Of a stretch of DNA of 64,000 bases, positions 36,200-49,769 are shown piece after piece. Within the stretch, counting starts at the first letter, position 1. Every line of letters begins with the position of its first letter. A model generated the notes under the pieces. It was given only the letters and a program-made list of their open reading frames with translations. It did no database searches and had not been told where the DNA came from. This stretch comes from Octopus bimaculoides (taxonomy: Eukaryota), in the NCBI RefSeq assembly GCF_001194135.2, contig NC_068983.1, forward strand, positions 146,384,884-146,448,883, in the 5' to 3' direction. The position numbers and the translations under genes are program-made.

Positions 36200-37190
36200 C
36201 ACACACAGAGGCACTGAATGCAGAGGACATGTGAAGACTAGAGAGCAACAAAGCTGGTATGCTCCACTAGATGTGCAATGTCAGTGTACATGTGCAACAG
36301 AGTGTTAGTGTATTGAGAGAAAAGTTAGGAATAGACAAATTAGATGCAATGTATAAAGAGAGAAGACTGTGCTGGTTTGACCATGTGATGTAGATGGATG
36401 AGGACAGTTGCATAAACCAAATTATAAATAACATACTTGATTTTACTCAGATATGTATTTCTAAATTTTTGATTTGGTGAGGAAAGTTCCTTAACAGTGT
36501 TAGACATGCTTTTATTCTCACATTAATATTTCTGCTTGTTAATGTCCTGTTGAATTTGTTTTATTTACCAAAGGATAGTGCAAGTTCTTGAGATTAGCAA
36601 TATACTCTTTATGCAAGTTACTATGGATGTAAAACAGCTCTGTCTCTCTCTAACTCCCTCTAAATAAATAAATGGATGGATGGAGATAGATGAAATATTG
36701 AAGGCTGATCTCAAGACATTGAACCTTATAAAGGAAATGACAAAGGACCAAGATACCTAGCTTTGCTGTATTCAAGAAGATTTGTCTGCCACAACAGAAT
36801 TGATACCAGTGCAGGTACCACACAAAAAGTACCCAGTACACTGTGGAGTGGTTGGCATTAGGAAAGGCATCCAGCTGCAGAAATCATGCCAGTATAGTCA
36901 ATGGAGCCTGGTGCAGCCCTTGGCCTTACTAGCTCCATTCAAACTGTTCAACCAATCAGAGCTCCTACTTCAACTGGTAGTGCGAACAGTCATGCTACAC
37001 GGCAGTGAAACATGGGTTGTGACTGCTGAGGACATGTGTAGGCTTGAAAGAAATGAACCAGTATGCTCAGCTGAATTGGTAATGTCAGTGTGCATACATG
37101 ACAGAGTGTAAGCGCTCTGAGAGAAAAGTTGGACATAAGAAGCATCAGATGTGGTGTACAAGAGAGACGACTGCACTAGTATGGTCATAA
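36200..37190 (+). mobile_element. several RTE C-terminal / 3' fragments
   Basis: LHGSETWVVTAEDMCRLERNE and repeated tail motifs. Confidence 0.75.
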
Positions 37191-37269
37191 ACTTGGTGTT
37201 TATAAGAATGGAGAGGTTAAAGCTAAACTTAATTCATCAATACCTTAAAGTCAATTATGTTAACAGTCA

Positions 37270-40253
37270 CTCAATATTCATTCCCACTGCAGACCTTCTC
37301 TTTGTGGCTGGCGACTTCAATGGGCATGTTGGACAACATCCAGGGGGCTTCCATGATGTACATGGCGGTTTTGGATTTGGTTCCTGCAATGAGGAGGGAA
37401 CCAAGCTGCTGGGGTTCTGTGATACAAATGATCTTATGATCTGTAGTACTAACTTCAGGAATCCCACCAGTCACCAGTTCACCTACAAGTCTGGTGGGTA
37501 CACTAGTCAGATTGACTACATTCTTGCTAGGAAACTAGAAAGATGGCTACTTATAAATGCTAAAACCTTCCCAGGTGAAGAATGCACCCCACAACATAAA
37601 TTAGAAGTTAGCGACTTCAAGATCAGGACTAAATGGCTACCTAGAAGATGACCAGCATGGAAAAGAAGGGTCTGGTAGATTAAGGATCCTGTGAATGGAC
37701 AGAGATTTAGAGACGTATTACTCAAAGTGTTTGACAAAAAGGGGGAGGATATAGCTTCACAAAATGTGAAAGATAACTGGAGATTCGTACAGGACAACCT
37801 GTTGAGGGCTACTGACCAGATCTGTGGCTGGTGCAAAGTGCCTCCTTGACTCAAGGTAACGTACTGGTGGAACAATGTAGCTGACAGTGCCATAAAAGAA
37901 AAGAAACAGGCATGGAAGGACTGGAAGTATGGTGGTAGCAGGGAACTGTATCAGATCGGCAGAAGGGAAGCTAGGAGATAGGTTTACTTAGCCAGAAGGG
38001 AAGCAGATAAGAAAAAATTTGCCAATGTTCTCTGTCGTGAGGACCAAAGGCTTGAAGTGTTTCATGTTGCAAGACAGTGTGTGAGAGAGAATTGTGAAGT
38101 CATAGGAAAGAAATGTGTCTGCATGGATGATGACTCACTTGCGTTTAATGATGCTGTAAAGAGAGAGACCTGGAGACACTTCTATGAAAGGTTGCTAACC
38201 AAAGAGAATGAATGGGAGAAAGAGAGCCTGCCATATGTTGACCTAACAGAGGGACTAACTGTCCAAACTGACAGTACTTTGGTAGATAAAGCAAGGGTAT
38301 GAAGACAGGGAAAGCCCCTAGCCCATCATGTATCACTGCTGAGATGCTTAAAACATCTAGCAGGGTAGGCTTTAGTCTAATCACCCATATAGTCAACCAG
38401 GTGATACATGGAATCTATACCCAATGACTGGTGTAACAGCACTATCGTCAACTGTTACAAAGGTAATGGAGATGCTTTAGAAAGGAATAATTACAGAGGT
38501 GTCAAATTGTTGGATCAAGTAATGAAAGTCATGGAGAGGGTCATAAACCAACTAATTGGGGAGAGACTCAGTTTAGACGAGATGCAGTTTGGGTTTGTGC
38601 CAAGGAGAAGCACTACTTAAGCTATATTTCTGGTAAGACAGCTGCAGGAGAAATTCCTAGCCAAAAATAAACCTCTGTACTTGGCATTCATTGACATGGA
38701 GAAAGCCTTTGACAGGATCCTCCAATCCCTTATCTGGTGGTCAATGCAGAAACTAGGGATAGATGAGTGGTTAGTGAGAGCTGTACAAGCCATGTACAGG
38801 GATGCTGTCAGTAAGGTGATGGTTGGCAACGAGTATAGTGGAGAATTCCAGTTAGGAGTAGGGGTATACCAAGGATCAGTCCTCAGCCCCCACTTATTCC
38901 TCATAGTCCTCCAGGCGATAAAAGAGGAATTTGAGACAGGCTGACCCTGGGAGCTTCTCTACGCTGATGACCTAACTCTAATAGCTGAGTCACGACCAGA
39001 GCTAGAGGAGAAGTTTCAGGTGTGGAAGCAAGATCTAGAATCAAAGGGCCTTAGAGTCCATCTAGCAAAAACCAAAGTATTAGTAAGTAGAAAAGCGGAC
39101 AAACCACGAATCCTTTCAGTTAGAAAAGGCATAGGTAGAAACTCCATAAGATGTACCCAGTGTAAGCTATGGACACATAAGAGGTGCATCAATATCAAAG
39201 AAGGTTAACTGGGAAGATAGGTTTTGTGTGTGGCAGATGCACTGGGGAAATAAACACTGAAGATGTACAGAAAACATATTCCACCACTTGCAAGGGAAAA
39301 AAACTAGAGGTAGTTGATAGCTTCTGTTACCTAGTTGACCAAGCTAGTAGTGGGTGTGAATGCTCTGAGAGTGTAGGTGCTAGAATAAGAATAGCTTGGG
39401 CAAAGTTCAGAGAGCTCCTCCCTCAACTGGTAACAAAGGGTCTCTCGCTCAGAGTGAAAGGTAGGCTGTATGATGCATGAGTATGAACAGCCATGCTACA
39501 TAGCAGTAAAACATGGACTGTGACTGCTGAGGACATGTGTAGGCTTGAAAGAAATGAAGCTGGTATGCTCCGCTGTATGTGTAATGTCAGTGTGCATACA
39601 CAACAGTGTAAGCGCTCTGAGAGAAAAGTTGAACATAAGAAGCATCATATGTGGTGTGCAAGAGAGATGACTGTGCTGGTATGGTCATGTGTTACGTATG
39701 GAAGAAGACAGCTGCATGAAGAAGTGCCATACTCTAACAGTGGAGGGAAACAGTGGAAGAGGTAGGCCCAAGAAGACCTGCGATGAGGTGGTGAAGCATG
39801 ACCTTTGAATGTTGGGCCTCTCAGAGGCAATGACAAGTGACCGAGACCTTTGGAGATATGCTGTGCTTGAGAAGACCTGTTGAGTCAAGTGAAATCATTG
39901 TTGTGGCCATTGCTAGTACCACCTGACTGGCATCTGTGCTGATGGCACGTAAAACGCACCATTCACATGTGGTCGATGCCAGTGCCGCCAGACTGGCTAC
40001 CATGCTGGTGGCACATAAAAAGCACCATCTAAGCGTGGTCAATGCCAGTACTGCCTGAGTGGCTCCTGTAGAGAAAACGCACCCTCTACATTCTCAGAGT
40101 GGTTGGCATTAGGAAGGGCATCCTGCTGTAGAAACCTTGCCAGATTAGATTGGAGCCTCATGCAGCCTTCTGGCTTGCCAGTCCTCAGTCAAACTGTCCA
40201 ACTCATGCCAGCATGGAAAATGGACATTAAACAATGATGATGATAATGATGAT
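37270..40253 (+). pseudogene. long 5'-truncated RTE-clade LINE (APE C-terminal half, RT, Cys-rich insert, 3'UTR repeats, (GAT)n tail); disabled
   Basis: GDFNGHVG, SQIDYIL, NYRGVKLLD, AFIDMEKAFDR, QGSVLSP, LLYADDL; many stops and frameshifts. Confidence 0.95.
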
Positions 40254-40350
40254 GCAGGCATCTTGGGAGTCTTCCAAAATTTTTTTGAAAGCAAATTTTC
40301 TTTACCACACTAACAGGCTTGCACTAATAAATATGTATATACATAAATAC

Positions 40351-40513
40351 ACTCTCTGAGTGGTTGGCGTTAGGAAGGGCATCCAGCTGTAGAAACTCTG
40401 CCAAATCAGATTGGAGCCTGGTGTTGCCATCCGGTTTCACCAGTCCTCAGTCAAATCGTCCAACCCATGCTAGCATGGAAAGCGGACGTTAAACGATGAT
40501 GATGATGATGATG
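40351..40513 (+). mobile_element. young 5'-truncated RTE 3' end with TSD
   Basis: Flanked by ATAAATAC at 40343-40350 and 40514-40521; (GAT)n tail; CpGs retained. Confidence 0.92.
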
Positions 40514-41599
40514 ATAAATACATATGTAATTATATGTACATATATACACATAGATGTACATATACACACAGAAATACATACATGCATATATGTATATACA
40601 CACAGAAACAAACAAACACACACACACACATGTATCTATGTCATAGAACCTCTCAAAGCTAAACACCAATATCAAAGCATTGTCCAAGCCTAAGTCAGGT
40701 TACCTATGAAGAAACCTAAAATATACCCAAGGAAACAATCCCCACAGACTATGAATCCTCAAACATATACATACACAAACACTCATATAATATACATATA
40801 GATAAGCATGTATATATGCAATGTGCATATGCAAGTTTGTGTGTAAGTGAAAAAAACGTTGGAGGTGGGAAATGGAATAGCTCCAAGTTGTAAAATCCTG
40901 CCTTAAATACAAACTCATCCAAGCCACGCTTTCATGGGAAAACATTAAATGAATGAATGTATGTACACATAAATAGTATGTGAAATTTGAGGATCCTGAA
41001 AAATTTGCTGCCTTAGGAGCTGGCCTCTGGCAAGAAACTATAAGAGTAACTTCATTTCGTTATCTTCATTTCAAAGATGTTTGCAAGTGAGACATGAAGA
41101 AAGATAGGGGGATATTGCTGGTGTTTGCTTCCGCTGGAGACTGGCTTTAGGCAGGGATTTAAAAAGAAGAGAGGAGAGGCTGAGACTTGCTGATGAGAAA
41201 GAAAAANNNNNNNNNNNNNNNNNNNNNNNNNNNNNNNNNNNNNNNNNNNNNNNNNNNNNNNNNNNNNNNNNNNNNNNNNNNNNNNNNNNNNNNNNNNNNN
41301 NNNNNNNNNNNNNNNNNNNNNNNNNNNNNNNNNNNNNNNNNNNNNNNNNNNNNNNNNNNNNNNNNNNNNNNNNNNNNNNNNNNNNNNNNNNNNNNNNNNN
41401 NNNNNNNNNNNNNNNNNNNNNNNNNNNNNNNNNNNNNNNNNNNNNNNNNNNNNNNNNNNNNNNNNNNNNNNNNNNNNNNNNNNNNNNNNNNNNNNNNNNN
41501 NNNNNNNNNNNNNNNNNNNNNNNNNNNNGAGAGAGAGAGAGAGAGAGGGAGAGAGGGGGGGGAGAGAGAGAGCGTGTGTAAGTACATATATGTGTGATC

Positions 41600-41900
41600 A
41601 CTTTTCGCTGAAGAGCCCGTAAAGAAACGTACCGATTTCACTAAAGATAATTTCCCGAAAACTTTCTTTGTTTAAAATCACTGTCTCAGATATGTTGAAG
41701 TTGTTTACATTTAAACTCATATTTTTATGAATATATACACAGAAAAATCCAGTGTTCTTTTCTAAGTTCCCAACGTTAGTTAGTGCAAGGAGAGGGCTAT
41801 TTGCGATTGAATTCACCGGAAAACTTCACTGGCACTTATTTTGTTGACTGCGAGAAGGTTGAAAGGTAAAGTCAACCCCAACATGATTTGGTCTAAAGAG
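41600..41900 (-). promoter_or_regulatory. candidate PDCD10 first exon / promoter region
   Basis: CpG-rich sequence starts abruptly at about 41.6 kb. A minus-strand donor-like TCG|GTACGT lies at 41633/41632. Inference only. Confidence 0.3.
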
Positions 41901-43355
41901 ATTCAGTAAATAAATAATTTCTTACATAAGCGCAATTTTTTTTTACTGAGGTGAAATGAGATTGTGACGTCCACGCTTTATTCAAGGACATTTGTGAAGT
42001 TAGTCAATCCCAATGTCTACAGCGAGCAAATATATATTGAGTCAGAAGTATGTCGCCTTAGGATACGATTATCATAAAACGAGATCAACCGTACAGAATC
42101 CGGATAATAATTAATACAAACCCAACTATCTATCAGCTGTCACAAAATTATTTTTAATCAGCAAGACTACTCTATTTCACTCACTCTCACAGATTGAGAC
42201 AGATTTTACCTTGAATACATTCCTTTATATTATTATAAACCAGTATTAAACAGTCATAAAATAATCTCAGCGTGTATAGGATTGGTTAAATCTAACAAGA
42301 GATCAGAAAGTTTAAGCCGAAATCTGCAGGGCTAAAAATATTTTATGTACATTTTAATAGTATATATGTATTCTGAGTCAATGTTTTATGGACAGAAATT
42401 GTCCGCGAATTCCGAGAGATTAAATCACACCATGACAAATATATTTTCTGATTTAATAATAGACATTTAGAATAGTGTTTTCTTCCAGAGAAAACACTGA
42501 CAAAGCTTACGAACTCAGTTATTTAATATTCATATTATAGTTATGTAAATTATAACTAGTAAATGTTTCGACAAAAAATGCTTTAAGAGATATATTCAAG
42601 ATCGTCGGCGATAAGCTGCGGTGATTGAGATAATTTGGAGACCGTCAACTCTCAAGGTATTCACACTTCAAACAGCACGATTGTAAGGAAAGAAGTCTAA
42701 AAGGTACACTTTCCAGAATATGAAAAAGGGTGTGGCTGGCAGTGGAGTAAGACATAAATCTTAAGCGGGGTTGTTATTTAGTCCCCCCACCTCGCCCCAA
42801 CTGGCTCTAACTGAGCAGACTTATAATCAGAAACATTACATATACGAATACTGTTGTTCTTCGATAATATTATCCAAGTCTTCTTCTTTTTTTTTTTTTT
42901 GAAACTATAAGTTAGGGATATTTAGCTCCTATCAAGCTGAGTGATCACGTAAGACACTTATTTATTAGTTTGCTAATTGTGTAAGAGAGTTTATATATAT
43001 ATANNNNNNNNNNNNNNNNNNNNNNNNNNNNNNNNNNNNNNNNNNNNNNNNNNNNNNNNNNNNNNNNNNNNNNNNNNNNNNNNNNNNNNNNNNNNNNNNN
43101 NNNNNNNNNNNNNNNNNNNNNNNNNNNNNNNNNNNNNNNNNNNNNNNNNNNNNNNNNNNNNNNNNNNNNNNNNNNNNNNNNNNNNNNNNNNNNNNNNNNN
43201 NNNNNNNNNNNNNNNNNNNNNNNNNNNNNNNNNNNNNNNNNNNNNNNNNNNNNNNNNNNNNNNNNNNNNNNNNNNNNNNNNNNNNNNNNNNNNNNNNNNN
43301 NNNNNNNNNNNNNNNNNNNNNNNNNNNNNNNNNNNNNNNNNNNNNNNNNNNNNNN

Positions 43356-43387
<32 letters not shown>

Positions 43388-43462
43388 CAAATAATAAATG
43401 AGTATATGCATATATACGTACATGTATATACATACCTACATCTACCTGTATATATAGATGCG

Positions 43463-43501
<39 letters not shown>

Positions 43502-45846
43502 GCATCTATATATATGTATTGCAGTGTCATATGACACTGCAAGTTTATATACTTCTATTTATATGACAAATTGAACAAGACAAAAAAAAAAGCTACAGAT
43601 CAAAACGTTTGGCAAAATATTACATTAAATAATAATCTATTAGTTGACAGATATATAGCCGACTTAATAATCCTTTCTACTATAGGCACAAGACTTAAAA
43701 TTTTGTAAAAAAAATACTTTTTAATTCAAGGTGACGAAATGTGCCAAAGGTATGTTAAAATCGTCCAGTTATACCGATGTATTTATATTACTATGCACTG
43801 CATTTACAGAATACTTTTCCAAAAAATTATTAAGAAAATAAAGCATTACTTAGTAAAGCAATGTAGAATTTTGAGCTTGTTTAAACGAACTATATCTGAA
43901 GCAAAATTTCCTCAAATAGTTGTAGAGACGATATAAACAGTTACTGAGGAATTACTAGGATATGCCTCAGCAGTCTAAATGTCAAGTAACGAGTTTTACT
44001 AGACACAGGTGTATATAGTGAAAGAGGAAGGGAGAGCCGAAGACCCTAACAGGATGGCCATAAGCAGATGTACAATTAGAGCAAATACACACACGGTGTA
44101 CTATTACAATATTCTTAGATACGAATTAGTGACAAGAAGGTATACAATTTATGAATATTATAACTTTTAAGTCGCGAAATATGCTAATTTTCGTTTATCA
44201 CCTCAAGAATCCATGATCATAGAAAGCTTCTCAAACAAGTATAGTATTACCTATGACATAACTTAGATGGAATATATATATATATAAAAAGCGCTATTTG
44301 ATATTTTTTAACTATTGTCTGGGTTTTGAAAACATTTATATTGCAACGATATTTTATAAAATTCAAAGTGAGATTTATTCAGAAGAAAAGTGTTGTTTTA
44401 GTCAGATTTAATATTTGTAAAACTACAGGTTGTAGGCATAGAGAGAAACAGAAATACGTAGAATTATTTGTGGGCGAAAGAAGAAATGTAAGGTAGGAGG
44501 TTAAAATTAGGGCAAAACGAGAAAATAAACAGTACGTTTTTCAGAAGAAAAAATTGAAACCCAAACTTTTAACTGTAAATAAAGATGAAATGTAATAAAG
44601 TTATAAATGTACTTACTTAGTGATCAGCTTATATAATATTTATATCTATCTGTATCTAGAGATAGATAAATATTTGTAGAAGTTGGTTTGTAAATATATC
44701 AAAATTAATCTCAGCCAGAAAACACAGTCATTTCCATCCTCAATAACTGAAGAGTTCGTTATTTGTTTTCTTAACGGGGATCGCTTGTTAATTGTAATTC
44801 TTAAATCTCAATAAAAGCAGTAAAAAACACACATTTAAGTCATTCTTAAAAGGTAAAAATCAAATTACTTAAAAGCAAAAATAATAAATAATTAAACAGG
44901 AATATCTTGTTTGGTAAAAGAAGTACTAACACCTAATACACTGTTAATTGTTACACTATTGTTTATATGCAATGATCGCTCCTAAATCAAGTGGTCGGAG
45001 CTGTCGAAGAAATGTCTAAAAATATTTTTATTTGCTAAAATAGATATAAATTATCCAATATTATTATTCGTGTATTTTTTGTGCTATTTTATCTCTGTGT
45101 ATTTTATACTTGTCTGAAACAATTTTATGTAAAAAGAAAAAAAAAACTACATTATTTTTACCTGCAAATCAAAAGAAAAAATAGAATAACCTCATATATT
45201 CGTATAAAGATCAAAGGTAAATCTAGAATCTGAGAAATGGTGTCAAGGCCATTAGAAAAAAAATTATAATTCGTTAGTTTCTTCAAAATGTTCCTGTCCG
45301 AAACATCAGCACTCACATCTCTTCACAGCAAACCAACTTGGGTTAACTAAATAAGTGTTTTCTCAGTTATTTTCATGTTGAATTTAACAGACAATCCCAT
45401 TTTAAAGAGCAATAGCTATTAAGGTGTGGTGAAAAAGCTCTTTGCTAGCTTTCAATATTTGTTTCAGCGTGAAATACTCTGCCTAAAGTTATTTTTAGTG
45501 TAGAGAATCATTGTTGAAGTTTCTTTTCTCTCCTAAAAAGCTTAGCTTCAAAAGCCATATCGAAATCAGGTACATACAAACATAAATATATTTGGTAACA
45601 GTAGTTGAAGAAGTTGCGGTTATATTTCATATTTATTATGGGACGGGATACTTTGGGCATTCATATCTTTTTTTAACGATAGTTATACGAAATGACAATC
45701 AGTGGAAATGTAGCTAATTCGCTTATGCTGTTTACTTTGTGAAATGTTATGGCGCCTGTCCAATTGATTGCAACTCTTAAGGAGGTACGACAAAGTCGCG
45801 ATTTTCAGCGGGGAGAAAAAAAGGAATAAATTTTATAACTTCTGTG

Positions 45847-46200
45847 GGCGATCTTTCGATACCAGTCCGAAATATCGGCCTTTTCCGTAAAAAGTGTCTT
45901 CGGCGATCTTTACCAAAGATTGGACTTTTCCGTAACACCAGCACGATCTTCACTAGGGTGTTAGGGTTAGGGACGGAATTCTCTAAAGCAAATCCTAAAA
46001 CCCAAACCCTAAACCCTTCAAACCCTAACCCTAAACTCTTCAAAAGAAATCGCGCTCTCTGTATCTCTTTCGCTTTTACGACGTCGTTTCCCTCTTTCCC
46101 TCCAACACTTTTTACGGAAAAGGCCGAGCTTTGGTAAAGATCGCCGAAGACACTTTTTACGGAAAAGGTCGATATTTCGGACTGGTATCGAAAGATTGCC
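45847..46200. mobile_element. fold-back MITE with GG-start TIRs and telomere-like interior
   Basis: Arms GGC(G/A)ATCTTTCGATACCAGTCCGAAATATCG..CTTTTCCGTAAAAAGTGTCTTCGGCGATCTTTACCAAAG; interior gttagggttaggg and aaaccctaaccctaa. No TSD found. Confidence 0.8.
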
Positions 46201-46669
46201 AGGTACATACACACTCTAAAANNNNNNNNNNNNNNNNNNNNNNNNNNNNNNNNNNNNNNNNNNNNNNNNNNNNNNNNNNNNNNNNNNNNNNNNNNNNNNN
46301 NNNNNNNNNNNNNNNNNNNNNNNNNNNNNNNNNNNNNNNNNNNNNNNNNNNNNNNNNNNNNNNNNNNNNNNNNNNNNNNNNNNNNNNNNNNNNNNNNNNN
46401 NNNNNNNNNNNNNNNNNNNNNNNNNNNNNNNNNNNNNNNNNCTAAAATTTCTTTGATTTTTTTATCGGAATAAATGAATTAAATTGAGGAAAACATGGCA
46501 ATTAGGTTCTCTTTCGATGTATCTTGAAATCATTAGCCCGTTTGCTATAACGTCATCTCGTAATGGTGAATGTTACATCCTGAAACAAGATTGTAAAATT
46601 GTACTAATGCAAGAATATAATGATTAAAACACGAAATTTAGAAAACAAAAAAATATATTTCAGAGGTTT

Positions 46670-47571
46670 GGCGCTTCTTTAGAAGCGCACCTCTCCAAGA
46701 AAATGGCGCCTAATTTCTAAAAAAGATATGTAAATGGGAAAGATATCCAAAATAAATGAAGTATGCAAAAAAATAGGAAGATTCATCAAATTTTAAATAT
46801 TTTATACTAAAAAATAAAACACGGAAAACGGGCACTCGCAAATATAAAACAAACATGTCGGACGATACATGGGGCGGTAACTTGTATCAAATATTATTAA
46901 TGATACGAGGGGCCCGACAATAACGTTTGCAAATTCTTGGTTGGTTTTAATCAGATTTTTTACTGCGCACACTGGTGAGGGTTAGGTGGTGTGCACTCGC
47001 TTTACTTTCGCCCATTTTATGATGTGATATACAACAGAAATAATTATAAAACAATAAAGTAAATACGTTTAAGACGTATGCAAGTTAAGGAACTCCACAA
47101 CAAATTTCTTGTCTTGATAGTAATCTATATTTTCTACACCAGTCAGTGGCCTTTTCCGTTGTTCCCAAATCTCTTCTGAGACGAAATAAGGTCATAGCAT
47201 TAAAAATTTCCCGTTCAGGCACAAAATTTGACATAATAGTATATATATTTGCAATAAACTGACTTTTAAGAAAAAGATTGTGAAACGGTCTTCTTACAAT
47301 TCGCAGACGATATTTTCGGGGCCCCTTGTATCAATAATATCTGACTGGTAAAAGTAAGTTACCGCCCTTCGTATCGTCCGACATGTTTGTTTATATTCGC
47401 GAGTGCCCGTCTTTCATTTGTTTTAATTTTTAGCATAAAATATTTAAAAATAGATGAATCTTTCTAACTTTTTGCATACTTCATTTATTTTAGATATATT
47501 TCTCATTTTCCTAACTTTGTTTTACAAGTAAGCGTCATTTTCTTGGAGAGGTGCGCTTCTAAAGAAGCGCC
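46670..47571. mobile_element. 902-bp non-autonomous DNA transposon with long (about 260 bp) TIRs
   Basis: GGCGCTTCTTTAGAAGCGCACCTCTCCAAGAAAATG ... CATTTTCTTGGAGAGGTGCGCTTCTAAAGAAGCGCC; 8-bp TSD AGAGGTTT / AGATGTTT. Confidence 0.85.
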
Positions 47572-47604
47572 AGATGTTTTGTAGAGCTTTTGAGCACAGA
47601 ATAG

Positions 47605-48150
47605 GGATCTATTTTAAAACGGGGGCCACATTTTTCATTAATGTTTTACGTAGTGTTTTTGGTACGGAAAGACTTTCAAACTTCGTATACTTATCTATTT
47701 TGTGTTATAGAACAGAAAAATATTTTTGTATTCGAATTTATTTCATGTAAAAAATTGTCTTATTTCGATAATTTCAACCAATCACTGACAAGTATTCAGT
47801 TGTTTATATTTACTCCTTTGGCTGATTAAGCAGTGTAAAGCGNNNNNNNNNNTTTTTCATTTTAAATTGGCTTTAACCCTAACCCTAACCCTAGGGTTAG
47901 GGTTAGGATTAATTGTTTCAGAATCGTTTGTTTATGTAGTCGGCACTTAATGTATATCGGCTGAATGGACGTCAGTGATTGGTTGAAATTACAGAAATAC
48001 GACAACTTTAACATGGAATAACTTATCGATTTCTTTTTTTTTAAAGAAGACTAAGAGAAAAAGATGTTTTATATGACACATTCTACCAGTGTTCCAAGTT
48101 TCAAAGTGTTTCGTTAATGAAAAATGTGGCCCCCTTTTTAAAAAAGATCC
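47605..48150. mobile_element. Merlin-like telomeric-core MITE, copy 2
   Basis: Same TIRs; perfect 8-bp TSD CAGAATAG; internal 10-N break at 47843-47852. Confidence 0.9.
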
Positions 48151-48549
48151 CAGAATAGTTGCAGCTAGTTAATTCAAGGGGTTAAAAGTTCAAATATGTT
48201 GTCCGTGATGAAGATGTTTATCTCTCGTTAACTTGGTCTATCTTGCAGCAATTAACCACAAAACAATGTACAGTTTAATGTTTGATTTCTTTTCGATTAA
48301 CAAAATATAATTACAGAGTTGTGCGATCTAACCCATATTTAAGTGGAGTACAGACTTCCACCACTTTGTGGATATACAAGGATCTTTGTGTGCCTGTGAA
48401 GGAGCCACTATATGTCTGCTCGACCGACTAGAAAAAGCATCTGAATCTCACTCAAATTACACCCTATTATCCTAAAAAGAGAAAGAAAGGATGGTCACTG
48501 CTGAAAATAATTTGACCATAGGTTAAGTATTATTATTATTACGAGGCAG

Positions 48550-48920
48550 CGGTATTTTGTCAGGCGCTACGTTCAAATTCCGCCGAGGTCGACTTTGACT
48601 GTCATCCTTTCGGGGTCGATAAATTAAGTACCACTGGAGTACTGGGTCGATGTAATCAACTTAACCCCTCCCCCCAAATTTCAGGCCCTGTGCCTATAGT
48701 AGAAATGGTTATTATGAAGCAATCGAGAGTGGCAAGTTGACAGACTCGTACTGTATCGGACAAAATGCTTAGCGGCATTTCGTCCGTCTTTACGTTCTGA
48801 GTTCAAATTCTGCTGAGGTGGACTTTGCTTTTCATCTTTTTGGGTGGATGAAATAAGTAATCTGCTTAGCTTCATCTCACAAAATTGCTGGCCTTGTACC
48901 AAAATTTAAAACCATTATTA
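48550..48920 (+). mobile_element. two tandem tRNA-derived SINE-A copies
   Basis: B-box-like GTTCAAATTCC; central gtcgactttg..tcatcctttcggggtcgataaattaagtacc; tail aggccctgtgcctatagtagaaa..ttatt. Confidence 0.85.
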
Positions 48921-49769
48921 TGAGTCAACCTGTAGATAAACAATAGGGAACTTTGCAACCAAAGTATCTTCCATATCTCGTCAACTTACAGTTATCTTTT
49001 CTACAAGCTAATTCTTAAAAATTGTTTTTTTTTATATTTAGTTTTCATTAAGGTCACTGACCTTGGAATGGTATGAACGTCACATAATCAAAATACCCCT
49101 TACCCCAAAATTAATACTTTTGTTCCTTATAAATAAATAAATAAATTTTTATGATAAAAGGACAATATTTCTTCGTTATTTGTAACTGTTGGGTTAAGCA
49201 CACCAATTATACATAATAGTTAACATTTAGTTTGCTTATAAATAGTTATTTCCAGAATTATCACTGTCTGTATGAGTATCCCTCAAATGCTTGAATGGAA
49301 TATTGTTTCTCAATTCTGTATTAAACTTTTCTTAACCATTAGAGAGTTTATAGTAGAGTTTGATAGCAATTTTCCTTGCTGCAGATCAGATAAGAACAGA
49401 GATAAAACTAATGATACATTTAATAATATCAGCTTCAAAACCTGGCTTGTACTTTATTCTGCTGATCCCAGAAAGATGAAAGGCAAGGTTGACAGCAAGA
49501 TTTGAACTCAGAATGTAAATACAAAGCTAGTATAATCGTAAGCTTCACAGCGGAATCAAATTTCCACTTAAAGCATGAAACATTTGCATGAAGTACCACT
49601 ACACCACTTACATTATGTTTCCATGTTATTAAAATACAATACATTAATGATGACAAAAGATTGAGACATCTGGCGCCTTGCTGTGCTTGAGAAGACCAGT
49701 CCACTACAACTTAATTGTTATCCTAAAACTGCCTTGGTACATAGTTGAACCTGCAGAGCTCTTCCCACC

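Noticed and set aside
45777-46214. Overlapping 145/97/64-aa ORFs in GC-richer DNA
   Set aside because: They coincide exactly with the fold-back MITE.
48550-48920. tRNA genes
   Set aside because: Only B-box-like SINE heads; no cloverleaf can be built.
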